64,000 nucleotides of DNA, from the NCBI GenBank assembly GCA_964016885.1, contig OZ024741.1, positions 382,850,001 to 382,914,000 of the forward strand, read 5' to 3'. Shown here in pieces: positions 1 to 14,503 of the stretch; position 1 is the stretch's first letter; each line of letters begins with the position of its first letter. The DNA is from Eledone cirrhosa. Taxonomy: Eukaryota. Under the pieces are notes generated by a model. That model made no database searches. It saw only the letters and a list, made by a program, of their open reading frames with translations, and had not been told where the DNA came from. The position numbers were made by a program, and so were the translations under genes.

Positions 1-2300
1 TAAGTTGGTCGAGTGTGTGGGACCAAAGAATGAGACAATCATCCAAGTAGAGTTTCCAATTCTCTGATAAATATTTGTGGAAGTTCAATCCGTATTTTGA
101 TTTGGACTGTTCATATATCTGGACTTTAAGTATGCCATGACTAAGTTGGCATAAGTTGGAGCGGCTTTTGTACCCATCGCAGTCCCCGATATTTGCTTGT
201 AAGTACTGACATTGAAATCAAAAAAGTTATTCTGTAAGATAAATTTGAATCCCTCGGTGATGAAGCTTTTTTCTATTCTGTCAGATATCTTATTGGGATA
301 TTTTTCTAGCCAGAATCCTATTGCTTCTAGTCCGTATTGGTGTGGGATCGTTGTGTAGAAATTCACTACATCGAAAGACACAATAATAGTGTCGTTGTTG
401 ACATGTTTGGGAAGGTGGTTTAAGAGGTCCAGATCGTCTCTTAGAAGGCTTGGTATGTGTTTGAGAATTGGTTTTAGTAGTATGTCTATAAAGTTGCTCA
501 GTCTGTGTGTTTCACATTGTGGGCCCGCTACAATTGGTCTTAATTTAAGGTCTGTGGGGTATTGTGTGTTCACCCAGGCTGAGGTGGATTGTTTACAGGC
601 ATCGTTAATTATTTTACACTTGTGGATCTTCGGAAGTCCGTAAAGGTTGCTGGTTTTGTATTCAAAATGTGTTAAATAATCGCGTTCCTTTTTAGTCAGG
701 TCTTCCTGGTATCGATAGATCAGTGTGTTTAATCTGGTCATTGTTTTTGATTGTGGTATTTTTTACTCTTTCATAGTAATTAGTATTTTGTAAGAGAGAG
801 AACATAGAATTTTTATATTTTTCAGCCTCCATAATGACAACAATACTTCCCTTGTCCGCTTCCTTAATTATAATGTCCGTATTGTTTTTTAGTTCATGGA
901 TAATCTCCCATTCCCTTCGACTCGTGTTGGGTTTGGGTTTAGGTTGCGGTAGTTCAGGTTATGGGAAAGTAGCTATGTGGTCACAACATTTGTCCAGAAC
1001 TCTGTTTCTACCTTTTGTTAGGGTTGTAGCTGCTTTTATTCCGTACAATTGATTCATCGTTATTCTCCTTGTAAAAGAATTCCTCTGTGAGACGTAATTT
1101 TCTACAGAAGTGAGCTATCGTCATATATCTCATTGGGGTTAGAGTATGGTGGTGTTGGTGTGAATTTCAGTCCTTTGGAGAGAATTTTTACTTGTTGGGC
1201 TGAGAGGTTTGTATTTGAAAGGTTGATTATTTTCGGTTTTTCAAAATCGGTTTGTGCCACCGGGTGTCGTGGGTCCTGTAGCCTTGGTCTAAAAAAAAAT
1301 TTTTCTGGAATGTTTTTTCAATGGTATTATTATATCTAATCGTATTTCCCCTGTTGTTGTGTGGTCTTTTATTAAGTTTCAGACGGGTTGTAGAAGTTTC
1401 AGACGGGTTGTAGATTTTGTTCCTTTGTGTGGGTTGGGATCTTTGGTTTTGGAACAGGCTCTATGTGGGCATGGGTCTACGGTTTTGGAATAGGTTTTGT
1501 GTGGGTTGTGATCTGCGGATCGGGTCCTGCCTTGTGTTCAGGGATCTTCGGGTTTTGTTAGTAGGGTTATAGTTTTGTCTATGGTTTACGGGATTATCAT
1601 TATAGTTTTGCTGGGGGTATGTTGGACGTTTTGTTACTTTTTTAGTTGTTGAGCCAGGAGGCGTTTATTCCCCATCGCTGGAGGGATGTTAGTTCTTCAA
1701 ACTCACAGTTTTCTTTCCAAAGTTTTAAGGTTTTTTCGTAGAGTAGGCCTTCAGAGTGCTTTGAGATTAATGTGTCCATCTGTTGGTCGAATGACTTGAA
1801 TTTTTCTTCGTTGGAGTTGGCTCTTAATCGCAACAGTTCTATTTCTATTTAAATTTTTCTAACGCCATCTTTTCCCTGAGTCTTTATTGGTTTTCTGGTT
1901 CATTTGGGATGGGTTTTATTTTAAGTTTTTTTGGGAGGATGATTGGGGTAGAGTTTAGCCACTTTTCATATATGTCTGCCTTGCCATTATTTTTATGGAG
2001 ATTCCAAAGGGCGAATTTTTGGGCTGTGAGCTTTTGAGTCCATATGTTGATTAGGGTGTTTTTCACTGAGTGGACATCTCGTAGATTGTGTTCTAATGGT
2101 TGTTCCAGCTTTTGGAGCATTGCTGTTTCAATGATTTCGATTAGTTTAGTTAATGCTGGAGTAATATTCATCTCTTGGGTATTTTCTGTTTCTTCGTGAG
2201 GTCATTTTTTATAGATGTGTATTTGGTCCAATTAGTTGGAGTTCATTTAAGATGTCCTGGTTCAGTGAGTTGTTTTGTTGAGACTCTGGTGGCATTTTCG
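1..2300 (-). mobile_element. Penelope-like retroelement, degenerate ORF (long N-terminal region + reverse transcriptase), running off the window start
   Basis: Minus-strand PLE motifs in order: ILSKGLKFTPTP (~1150-1186), IIIKEADKGSIVVIM (~832-876), LYGLPKIHK, LRPIVAG, SFDVVNFYTTIP, YKQISGTAMGTKAAPTYANLVM (ORF 85-741), then WKLYLDDCLILW (~23-58) after a frameshift. Fragmented upstream ORFs 1642-1833 and 1884-2171. Confidence 0.92.
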
Positions 2301-2451
2301 GTCTTCGTGTGGTGGGTATATATTAGAAAGTGAAGTTTTTTTTACAAAATGAAAAATAACCGAGGTGTCCTACACGAGTGACAGTATAAAGAAGAAAGAT
2401 GATGCAACTGGAGTCTTATTTATTTTATTAAATATATATATTTATTTGGTT

Positions 2452-2489
2452 CCTTTACCGGTTTCGCAGTTCTTCTGCTTTTCAAAAGT
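2452..2489 (-). ncRNA. Degenerate minimal type-I hammerhead ribozyme upstream of the PLE ORF
   Basis: Minus strand CTT-TTGAAAA-GCAG(AAGAA)CTGC-GAAA-CCGG-TA-AAG: 4-bp stem II, palindromic stem III ACCGGT. The core is two substitutions from CTGAAGA. Confidence 0.55.
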
Positions 2490-2537
2490 AGGCGTTGAGA
2501 TGGAGGGTCGGTGGTTTTATCTTGCCTTCGGATTTAA

Positions 2538-2965
<428 letters not shown>

Positions 2966-3048
2966 ACATATATATATATGTGCATGTATGTATATATATA
3001 TACATACTACTGTACGTTTATATACATATATGTATGTACGTAAACATA

Positions 3049-3093
<45 letters not shown>

Positions 3094-3223
3094 AGGCGTA
3101 TTATTGGTTGTGCAAAACGGTCCAATAAATTGTTGTTACCAATATTAAGTTCTCCACGCGTTAGTATATCTCCAATTCCATTCAAGGGAACAGCTAGATG
3201 ATATAAAACGGTGTATTAGTATA

Positions 3224-3405
3224 AAAATGAAAATCCGAAGGCAAGGTAAAATTTCCAATCATTTTAATCACGACACATGTTTCAATAAGGGATAGATCAT
3301 GACTTCCCGATCGATTATGGCTTCACGATCGATCTATCCCTTATTGAAACATCTGTCGTGAATAAAATGATTGGAAATTTTACCTTGCCTTCGGATTTTC
3401 ACTTT
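3224..3405. repeat. Inverted repeat (~75-bp arms, ~32-bp spacer) ending at (TA)n; PLE-terminus-like
   Basis: 3224-3298 is the reverse complement of 3331-3405. The arm end TTTTACCTTGCCTTCGGATTT recurs at ~2515-2538. Confidence 0.9.
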
Positions 3406-3425
3406 GATATATATATATGTATATA

Positions 3426-3554
<129 letters not shown>

Positions 3555-3630
3555 TTAATGGTAGCTATGATGCTTCCATAGGCGGTATACCAGTTGTTGA
3601 GTACTCTATGTTCTTAGAGAGAAGAGTGTG

Positions 3631-3673
<43 letters not shown>

Positions 3674-3859
3674 AAGTTATAGTTAGAGAAAATACAACCA
3701 AGGTACTTGGAAAAGTGTTTATTTGTTCATAAATGCGTCTACCCTCTCTAAACGCTTGTTTTGCATCATATATGCATTGAGCACACTACTCTCCTTGCTA
3801 CTGGATTTTAATTCTCACAAAGCAGTCTCTCTGTCTCTTACGATTGGATTGCACACATG

Positions 3860-3905
<46 letters not shown>

Positions 3906-4877
3906 GTGTGTGTATGTGTGTGTGTGTATGTACGTATGCATGTATGTATGCATGTATGTTTGTGTATATTTATGTATGTATATATGTATGTATATGGGTG
4001 TGCGGGTGTAGCTTGGAACTTCCTTCGGTGATATATCTGATTCGTTACAAATCCTCACTCGTTACCATATGAACATCAATTACATTATATTTATTCAGGC
4101 ATAATTGCTTCCGATACCCCAATCAATGCCGAAAATATACCCTCAGTTCCTCCATTGAAAACCAAATAATCCACGTATTATAAATAAGTATGTGTGCATG
4201 TAATAATGGGTGTCTCAGTCCGTGTTGGTATGATATTGATACCTACTTAATCTTGATTCTATTATATTAAAGTTCTATCGTAGTGGCCGTTCTTTCACTA
4301 ACATTAGTAGACTTGTGACCAACGCAACTTGTGGTGCTTAATTATTTACAGTCAGAATTCAAATTCCTCCTGTGATTAAATTCACCTTTCATAATTTGAG
4401 TGTCGATTTATATAAATATTTAAGTTTATTGAATCAACTGTAACATCTATCGAAATTTCTTGGTGTTTGCCAGTGTGGAAATTCAATATTCCACTTTACC
4501 AGCAAACTGACATGTATATGGGAAGATTTTCCATTATTTAATTGACCCAGTACATGCCTAGAACCGAATTTCATCGACCACAGAGCAATAAAGTCTAAAG
4601 TAGAATTCGTCTCGATTTAAATATATACTAATGAAGGTTTCAAAAGATGGTGTCATCTATTTCATTCGGGGAACTTTTGTTTCTTTTTTCCATGAATCTA
4701 ATTTAATATGAATGAATTACCACAGAATGATGGTCACTTTATAGCACAAACATGTATATATATATATATGGATGTGTGTGCGTATGGAAACATAGGCATA
4801 TCAATTGTGTAGGATACGTTAATACGGTCGTCAATATATACACTTAATGTTACTCCCCTATATATCTATATATATAA

Positions 4878-4919
<42 letters not shown>

Positions 4920-5089
4920 TTGGTGTTGGATGCTTAAATAGGAAAGTTCCGAGGTCCGCGCGATTTCAGAGTCAAGTTTGATCACCATATGGATCGTGCC
5001 TCGAGCTGGTCGCCCGAGAAACAATGGTAATATGTCCAATAAATTCCTTTCGTCCCAACACTGATTCTCTTTTTTCTGTTATATATATA

Positions 5090-5870
5090 TAGTCAGAATA
5101 CCGTGAAACAGGGCTGTGTCCTTGCCCTAAACCTATTTGCAATTATATTCAGTAAGAAGCTCCTCGAAGTAAAGAAGATCTGTGGAAGGGCATTTACTTC
5201 CTGTTCATAAACCTGGATCTGCTGTTCACAGACGACTGTGCCTTCTGGCGCTCACGGAGGAAGATCTGCAGTTAACCGCCAGCAGCTTTGCTCAAACAGC
5301 CAAGACCATTGGCCTGACCATCAGCCTCAGGAAAACAGATGTCATGTTCCAGAAAACAGCAAAAGAAGAGTACCAGTCTCCTCTGGTTAACATCGTTGTC
5401 CACCTTCTAAGTGCAGTGGAACATCTCACATCGTCATTAAGAACGCTATTTCAGCAAAGAGCATTACTAAGACCAGCTGCTCATTATCAAGCTCACATAA
5501 ACGCGTATGGCAGAGCCACTCTCTGCACTTCACAATATAGAATAGAATCTACAGAGCTGTTGTAATCACTACCCTCCACTATGGAGGGAAAGCGGTGTCC
5601 TGCACTGGAAACAGATCAAGCTCCTGGAAAGATTCGAGTCACGATGCCTTCGCTCCATCATGGAAACACCAGGCAGAAGACAGAGAATTGGAGAACGACC
5701 ATCAACGGAGTTGTAACCATCTTTGAGCAGGGCAGGAAGACTGCAGCTGAAGACAAACTTCAAAGAAAAAAGCTGTCCGTCACCCAACCTCAACTGACCA
5801 TGATAACACTCGCCCCAAATGCTCTCTACGATTGCCCTCTACACCCAACATAGGGCGTAATGCCACACAG
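5090..5870 (+). mobile_element. RTE-clade LINE, internally deleted RT/3' fragment
   Basis: VKQGCVLALNLF (~5103-5140), DDCA-like motif then LALTEEDLQ and IGLTISLRKTDVMFQ; ends near (CA)n. Confidence 0.8.
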
Positions 5871-7289
5871 AACAGGACAATTCTTCCCACTGATATTTGC
5901 AAGCAATTAATCAGCCATTCACACACAGACATACACACAGACACAAAGACACACACACACAGACACTCACACACGCACACACACACACACACACAACACA
6001 CACATACACAACGTACACACACACACCCAACACACATATACACAACTTATACACACACAGACACAGACACACACACACATATATATATATATACATTCGT
6101 AAATAAGGCAGTTAAAGTTCCAATTAATTTACTAACCTTCAGCAAACACCCTAAATCAAACGCTAGCCTGTGGCTATGAATTCTGCCAAACATAACCGTA
6201 CTTACCCTCCAAACGCGGACCACCATCCGCTCTAATTCGGCATACGTAACCGGACCGCAACAACCACGTAATGCAGACAACAGACGTTATTAAGCTGCAG
6301 CTGTCAAATTATGTACTTCATATATAATAAAGCCAAAGCTATCTGCAGCGTCTACGAGGCCATTACGTAATAGGCCGTTCTCCACCTCCTCCCGTTGTCT
6401 GATGACTTTAATCCTCAAATTAGCCATTTATATGACGTAAATCCGCGCATCACCAATTTTAATTCTTACAGCACAACATAAAAACCAAAGAATAATAATA
6501 ATCAAGAAAATACCGAAGCCATTAAAGAACTAATTTAAATGAATCCTTGATAAAAAACACAAACATGATATCAGAATATACGATAACAAGATGTGACGAT
6601 TAAAGGTATAAATACTCAATGTCATCACTTACATATAGATAAATATAATATACTTATACTAGTGCAAAACATAATTAAGATTAAATCATATAGACACAAA
6701 CTTATATGTACAAATAAGATTGGCGAACCAAATTTGTAAAATTAATTAATGGAATCCGGACTTGATCGTTCCTAAGTATAAGACCAACGTAGATAAACTA
6801 AATAAACAAAAACATAAATAATCATTAGCTTCATATGGCACTTCGGTCAAGTATCGGCCAAATTAATAGTCGAACAAATCCTTTTAAATGTTATTACCTC
6901 TAATCGAAGCTAAATTTTCCCACAAGTAGGTCAGATCAACAGCAGAGATTTTCCTATAATTACCACATCAATGTAAATAGGTTATAATTCTACATCTTCA
7001 ATGTAAAACTACACACCCCTTTTTTCATAATTACTACTTCAAAGCATATATACTAAAGTTTCTTACATCTCAAAGCAAATAAATAAAAGTAAGACTAAAT
7101 TAAATTAATTTCTAAGACACATTTTTCAAAGCAAACCTAGATGAACTCCCAACATTTCTTAGAATCTACCTTAATGCAAATAAGTTAATGTCAAAAAAGC
7201 CCTGTGCCATTCATCGGCAAACTAGAAATAACTCCAAACATTCCTCGAATCTCTCGTTTAGCATGTATGTATATGTATATGTATATATA

Positions 7290-8520
7290 TATAAACGGAA
7301 AAAATGAAACGAAATTTCATTTCCCACTCTTATAACGGCTGTTACTTAAATATAAGAATGTATACGTACATACATATATGTATACAGACGTACAGTAGTA
7401 TGTATACATATACACATACATGCACACATATATATATATATATATATATGTACGTATGGATTCACCGAACATTTATTATAATGCTCGGTGTGTTTGTAAA
7501 CAAACATCCCGTATTAAGCCGTTGCTCGTTTGTTCAACACTGACACTGACAAAGGAACGTTGTACTAGTTTCAAGCTTATTAGCTATCGTCAGCAACGTA
7601 TACCTTCCTTCCCAGATCACATGTTATGTCAATTAAGCTTGGTTCTGATTCAAAACTATGGTTGTATCTATTTGGAAGGGGAAAGAAGTGTGGTAATGTG
7701 TACGTTTATATTAGATACTAGGTGTTGACATATTGGGTTTCAGCATAGATTAATTTATTCTGAGATTTCGAATGTGCCTAAGAATGGCTTAGATAATAAC
7801 TGTTATATCTGTATTCATGTTCTTGCACTCATCTGTTTGTGTCGTCGTTAAGGAAGAACATTTTATGTGGTGTTGTTTGTTACGGATGTATAGTGTTCTT
7901 ATCATTCTACTGATGTAACCACCTCGTTATTTGGCGCGTTGGAAACGGTATACCACGTTTTTTGGCAGACAACTTTCTGTATTACGGAAGAGGCATTTCG
8001 GCATTTCGCAATTGATTATTGTGGTTGTCCAGCCATGAGTTACATAAACATTTTCGATGTGAGGGGGGTGGAGTAGTTTAACTGCATACCCAGTCCCTGT
8101 CTGTCGATGGTGCTGCAGATAGTCATGTGGGTAGCCAAACTTATCATTTCGTTGAGGAGAGGCAACTTCAGGAAACATGTGTTCGAAGAAACCTTATGTT
8201 TGCTGGGTTTAGCTTTCTGAAGACGAATGGTAGTGAATACTGGATATCCCTTGACTTCTATCACTTTTTAGAAATGTAGTATTCATTCTGCACATATCTA
8301 GTTTTAGCACTGGAGGGAAGAGTTGATTTTCAGTGTAGTAAAAGGTCTCTGTACACTGCTCTTCTCTTGAAAATGGTGTGGATGTTACATCTATCTGTTA
8401 TCCTTATTTGGAAATAAAATACGGACAGAGATCTTGTGTCAACGGGATGCATTATGCTGAACCATGTGTTAGGTTTGTAGGTTTGAAGATGAAGGAAAGG
8501 AGCCACATATTTTAGAGAGA
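7290..8520 (-). mobile_element. Penelope-like element 3' part: thumb + GIY-YIG endonuclease remnant + HHR-bearing pLTR
   Basis: Minus strand PFLHLQTYKP (~8470-8500), then CLPKNVVYRFQ..K*RGGYISRMIRTLYIRNKQH (~7870-7975; VY...YIG-type GIY-YIG remnant), then the HHR and TA repeats. Confidence 0.75.
7557..7599 (-). ncRNA. Minimal type-I hammerhead ribozyme (intact core)
   Basis: Minus strand ACGTTG-CTGACGA-TAGCT(AATA)AGCTT-GAAA-CTAG-TA-CAACGT: perfect 6-bp stem I, 4-bp stem II closed by U-U, palindromic stem III. Confidence 0.85.
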
Positions 8521-8849
8521 ATCTACAAAATTAGAGACAATATATCTGATCTGGAAATTTAGTACGAATTTGTGAGTTACGATGAGTTGGGAAGAATCTG
8601 GAAAGAATCTAGTTGCCTGCTATCTCTAGGGATGAAACTAGTTTTGTCTTCGTTAAGGAGTTGTCTAGTCAGTGTTAATGATGATCTTCAAAACGATTGG
8701 TATTGCGAGGCATCAATTAATTCTTAAAAGATCCTCGTTGAAAACATGTAATGATATTATTAGTAAACATTTTCCTGCTATAGGATCGCTTCCGTCTTTC
8801 TTTTAAATGTGCTCAATTTTCACACTTATTTTTGTAAGATGCCATATTC

Positions 8850-10050
8850 TATATAGATGTGGGTATGAAAGCATATCAGCTAAGATAATTCAATGCAATT
8901 TATTATGAGAGATATTATTCTACGAATTATGGAAACTGTTTCAGTTTAATATAATGTTTATACTAGCCTAGTATTAATTCATTTGATTTTCAGAATCAAG
9001 AAATAATATCCGATACATGGGCTGAATGGATAGAGCAACCAAAATAAATAGACGTTATATTGATGGAATTTGAAGAGTGAGCTAATGAAATGTGGTCTTT
9101 GCAGAGGTTGACATTTCAGTATTTATTTATCTCAGTTCAGATAGCCTGAGATCAAATTTGCTTCTTTTCATAATTCTCTTCGAGTCCGAAGAATAAATAA
9201 CGATCGACAAGAGGCTGTTTATCTAATTAAATATACTCAATAATCCACAACATGGCTTCAGACTAATCACAGAAACCAGGTAAACTAAAGAATAAATGAA
9301 TATCAGTGTGATACAGTTCAATAAGACCGTAAAATTAATGTTTTACAGCATGTAGGTTTTTTTTCTTTTTATTTCCTTTGTCTAATTATTCTCAGGGTTT
9401 CAGTTTTGCTTTTCATCTATCTGGCGTAGTTGAGATATATTGTAAAATTTCTTGTCCTTCTGACATCGAGAAAAATCAATAACTATTATGTACAGAAATA
9501 AATATTTTTCGGGCAAGAAGCCAGAAATATGTTGTAGGAAACAAAATGTGATATTTCAATTCTCATATTATTCTCCACAGAAACTTAACAAGGAATCAAG
9601 TTTATTGAGAATTTGTGTCGCTTCGGGGCTTTTTATCACCAACATTATAATAATTTTCTTATTTGAATGAATGACTCAAATACTTTTCTGTCTGAAAATT
9701 ATAATCATATTGTCAAATATTATTTTAGCTTTAAGACCTCAGAAGTTAATTCATTCACAATAATAAACATTTATTAGAATAATAAATTCTAAATTTGGCG
9801 TTAAACAAGAAAAATGAGAGAAATGAGACAAAACAAAGTACTATACGTTATTTCTTATGGCGCCTCGGTGTTTACGGTAAATTTACTAAATCTTAAACTA
9901 ATCTATAGCTTCGTGTTTCTGTATATATTGAGAAAGATATATAACAGAAGGTCTTATGCGTTAGCAGATGGAAACTGGCACACAAAGTCAAATTGCAGAA
10001 AATGTGTGTTCTTCCTATCCCGTGTTCAGCAAGCTAGCCAGATGTAAAAA
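8850..10050 (-). pseudogene. Decayed ZP-domain gene, 3' exons (copy A)
   Basis: Minus-strand motifs in ZP order: HFLQFDFVCQFP (~9968-10005, ZP-N end), IVIDFSRCQKDKKF (~9445-9486, LI..GC..D-like), FISSLFKFHQ then frameshift SIYFGCSIH (~9025-9090, F.F...Y..C). Stops and frameshifts present. Confidence 0.45.
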
Positions 10051-10307
10051 AGAATTAGAAAAAAGATGGAAAATTGTAGACTAAGACACGATAATAAAGA
10101 AGTAAAAACAACTAATTGACAAAATGTCTAACCTCAATTAATATATATTCATTTCATTATCTTATTTTGGTATTAGATTTTACAATGTAAAAATGTCCAA
10201 ATAAAAAGTGAAGTGAAAAGCACTTATGAGAAACAGACAGAAGGTACTTGTTGGTTAACTTGAAATTAGTGATACTGGGAGTTAGTGTCCACGTATACTG
10301 CTTAATT

Positions 10308-10309
<2 letters not shown>

Positions 10310-10340
<31 letters not shown>

Positions 10341-10497
10341 AAGAAGAAGAAGAAGAAGAAGAAAAAGAAAAAAAAAGAAGAAGAAGAAGAAGAAGAAGAA
10401 GAAGAAGAAGAAGAAGAAGAAGAAGAAAAAGAAAAAAAAAGAAGAAGAAGAAGAAGAAGAAGAAGAAGAAGAAGAAGAAGAAGAAGAAGAAGAAGAA
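10310..10497. repeat. (GAA)n trinucleotide microsatellite
   Basis: Direct reading. Confidence 0.98.
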
Positions 10498-11073
10498 TCA
10501 ATAGGGGGTTGAACACTAAGACATTATGATTTCAAATTTAATAAAAATAAAATTGAACATATATTTGTCTTGAACTATTAAGGGCCAATTATGTTTAATT
10601 GCTTAAAGTTGCCAATTATTTTTGATTTTAAATAATTTTTCTTTTATGAAAACTATTTATTTTTGAGAGCTAAACAACAACTGGAAGAATAACTAAATCT
10701 GTAAACATTAACAAACACACACACGCATGCATATATGTATATGAGTGTTTGCCTGTAAACGTGAATGCGTGTATGTGTATTTTTATTTGTATAAATTAAA
10801 TTGACGTACATACACATAAATTGGCTTGAGTTAGGATAATATCTAATCTGTAATTTTATTTACGTATTTCATCTTGTTTGCTGTTAATATATGCGTTATT
10901 ATTTCCCATTTCTCTCAACAGATAACTTTATTTCCGAATAGTGATTTATATGAACTTGCAGGCATTAAGATATATGTCGATATGAGTACCCCACCATGAA
11001 GTGGATCCTACGAATACTACCGTATGTCCCAACTGATAGTAAAGAGTCATGAGGAAGGGTGTTTATAGATGCG

Positions 11074-11108
<35 letters not shown>

Positions 11109-11999
11109 CAATGCTGCAGTACTAAGATCTTTAAAAGAACCGATCTGAAAATAACGAATTACTCGCTAATTTCTTGCTGCTGCTGCAGGTTACGGAATTC
11201 TGTAGCTACTGTCTTGATATATTTATTATAGCTAAGATAGGCTAACATATTGAATGTACTGAGCAAATGATTATTTAGTCAACTTACATTACTCTCGTAA
11301 AAGTAATGAATTTAATTAGTATTGATGGCAATTGATTTCCGAAAAGCAGTAAGATCTGATGCTTGTATTAAATAGAAAGAAAATAGGTATATGCAATTAA
11401 GATGAGTATGAAATTTGTTACATGCCCAGATGTATGACAGTGTTTTTAAACGAGCTCAGCGAAATATTTACCTTCTAGATTCTAGAACAAAGGTGAAGTT
11501 ATAGCTTTTGTGTGAAACTTTTTTATTGATTAGACAAGGCTAGGATGACTTGGATGACATGGGTCCAAATTATAAATCTGAAAATCCGTATTTCAAAAAT
11601 TACATTATGGCTTCAAATCCCAACCTCCTTCCTCACAGAAGCACACAGCCCAATTATATCTATCATCAACAAACATTTGACCCCAAACCTAAGTATCAAC
11701 TTACATAAGAAATATCCAAGCATTTCGTTAGAAACAACACAAACATCTTGATTAAGAAGTTCATTCTTAGTTCGTAATACTTATTAAGAATAAAAAAGCA
11801 ACAAATCCATAATTTTAATTTTTCCGAATGAACTGCTTTAGAGCTCTGTCATTTCCTTATATACAACCGATAAATGCATAATCCTTTTACACCTCAAAAC
11901 ATTGTCACAACACTTTACGCAGTTATCATCACACACAAAAACAAAAAAAACTACAACTGTCAGAAATAAGAACTTGTATCTGCCTTCTGCGCTTAGTAT

Positions 12000-12720
12000 G
12001 CTGAACACTATGGATCATTATTTCTGTCGTAATTGTACTGTACTCTATATTTTAAATCTGCCCAATCCTTCATGCAATTCTGGGTTTTCTAATTCCTCTA
12101 TTCATATTCATTTTATCTTCTAGTCTCTGCAGCCATATTTTCTTAAGTGTCCAAAATGATTTAGTTTTCCCTTTTAGATAGCATCTAATACTATGTTTGC
12201 CATTCGTTTTACTTTCATCATTGTTTCTGTGTAGTTCTCATCATAATCTCAACTTTTACTATATCTCCACACACAAAAGCTTGTAATCTTTTTGATAATA
12301 TTTGTCTTAATATTCACATATAACGTCTATAGATTAGAGTTGGCTATACATAACATTTAAATCATTTTTTTTTTTTTTTTTTTTTCGGCGTCAATATAAA
12401 TGGTTTCTAAGGATGCTTGGCATTTTTTCAATGGTCTTTCTACCAATTTCAATCATTCTTTTGATTTCTACTTCACGCATCCCGTTTTCTGATTGCATTT
12501 AACTGAGTTATATTAACGTCTCTCTTCATTTCGTCTTCGCTAAATTGTAATATACATTTTTAGTGACTGTTGTTCTTTGATGAATAACATTGATCTATTT
12601 TCTTCGCATCAATTTCCGTTTCAGGGAATATTCTTGAGGGTTATCTCCATTGAATGTTGATAAACCAGTATCTTCTGGATGTCTAAGGTTGCTGATGTCA
12701 TAGACACCTATTGGCGCTGC
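12000..12720 (-). mobile_element. Old RTE-like LINE 3' fragment
   Basis: Minus strand IGVYDISNLRHPEDT (~12668-12712; degenerate NLRYADDT) followed by a decayed thumb region. Confidence 0.55.
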
Positions 12721-13254
12721 TGGCATGTTTTCATATATATATATTCAATGTTTTGGTTAAATATACACTAGAGGGAAACTACAAATCTTGTCTGACTGTT
12801 ACTTTTAAAATACAAGGATTTTACTCCGTCCCGTTCGCCCCACTGGTGATTCTTCTCAGTACAATATTGTTTTTATTTGTTTTCAGTACAAATTTGGCAT
12901 TGTTCTTATAGGCTCTGAACGACTGTCTGTCACATTTAATGTCACACTTGCTAAAGTTCCCATCCTCCTTCCTTCCAGGAACCTCAAAAAAGATTAAATA
13001 CTATTACATATCACATTTAGCAACATATGTGTACTAAATACGCGTAAGACAAAACATATAGTTATTTCTTACTCATCATACGTGTTTGTTGAGCATAATG
13101 CCCTTTATTTACGTGTGCATGAAATGTGAGCGTGCATTTGGTTGATGCCACTTTATGTATGTTATTTTGGACTACGTATTTTATTAAATCAATACTGATT
13201 TTTATATCTTTAGTATTGATGAGATAAATCAAATCATATAGAAGACCAATACAA

Positions 13255-14503
13255 TTTACTGCGTCGCGGGGAGTTTTTCGAGTCCAAGATAGTTGAAGAA
13301 TAGTGCGGTTTTCGGCCCGGATGCTGCACGGCCGACTAACTATTCACACTGTGGCACGTCTTCGAGAAATCATGAGAGAATTACAAAAAGGTATATTCTA
13401 GTTTTATAGACCTCAGACAGGTATATGTTCCTCGGGACATGCTGTGAAATGTTGTGCAGTTGTCTCGGATCGTTGGCCAGATTGTTGCAGCTCTGATTGT
13501 CTCTATACGAATGCCCGTGTATTTGTAATCGAATAAATGTTGCTATATCGAAACCATTCCATGTGGCATTTGAATTCCGCCAATCGTGCATACTGTCACC
13601 TCTCCAATGCACATTTCTGTCACAATTCTGTCATGAACAGGATTGCCATGCGCAGCCAAATTGGACGACAGATGGTGATCTAGGAAATACATTTGAGAGG
13701 TTTGATGCCGAATGCTGCATGGCTGAAATGAAAATCAATACTGCAAAAACTCCATTCAAAGAAGTCTGCGCAGTACACTCTATATGTAAATGGAGTTCCA
13801 CTGAAGCAGATAGAGAACTTCAGGTATCTCGGAGCCGAGTTCCCATGTGATGGAGGGCAGGGGGACGAATTAAGTACAGGTATTGTAGTAACTAACACCT
13901 TTAATGCACCAGCATCAGCATTCAACAATCAGACATACGGATGTAGATGTAAAAGCCAAATTTACTATATTCAAATCGGTATTCATGCTAGCCCTTAACC
14001 GTAGTCACGAATCTTTGGTAGAGTCCGAAAGAACACGATCAAGAACACAAGCGATCGAAATGGCGTTACTCTGAAGGGACTTTTGTAACGTTACTCGATA
14101 GCGTGCGATGTTCGCTAGTTTCACAGTATTGAGACATCATAGCTCCGATACTATGGGCATGTCGTTAGAATGTCTCAGGAAAGAGACGCTGGACAGATTT
14201 TAAGAGCAAGACCAACTGGCAGGAGACCCAGGGGTAGACCCCAAGCCAGATGGTTGGATATCATCCACGAGCTTGGCTGGTCTCGCTCGTTGATCCAACC
14301 AGTTCTGTTGGATACGGTTAATTCTAACAGAATCAGGTGCAAGGAGTTTTTGAGAAGTCAGACCCCACGAACCTCTCAGTATAATGTGGACAATTATGAT
14401 GATGAAGGAGAAGAAGAAGAAGAAGAAGAAGAAGAAGAAGAAGAAGAAGAAGAAGAAGAAGAAGAAGAAGAAGAAGAAGAAGAAGAAGAAGAAGAAGAAG
14501 AAG
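13255..14503 (+). mobile_element. RTE-clade LINE RT/3' fragment ending in (GAT)/(GAA)n
   Basis: EE*CGFRPG..TAD*LFTL (~13296-13350), FRQSCILSPL, MKINTAKT, RYYGHVVRM..RPTGRRPRGRPQARW; (GAA)n at 14410-14503. Confidence 0.85.

Noticed and set aside
1374-1413. 20-bp tandem duplication (also a 15-bp one at ~49176-49205)
   Set aside because: Simple slippage duplications inside dead retroelements.
6390-6430. CTGATGA at ~6399 (also CTGAAGA at ~5747 and ~32273, CTGATGA at ~37368)
   Set aside because: No properly placed GAAA, stem II or stem I; chance heptamers.
8900-8950. Plus-strand STNYGNCFSL, resembling the DEG/ENaC YGNC motif
   Set aside because: Isolated and followed by a stop; the opposite strand fits an ordered series of ZP-like motifs better.
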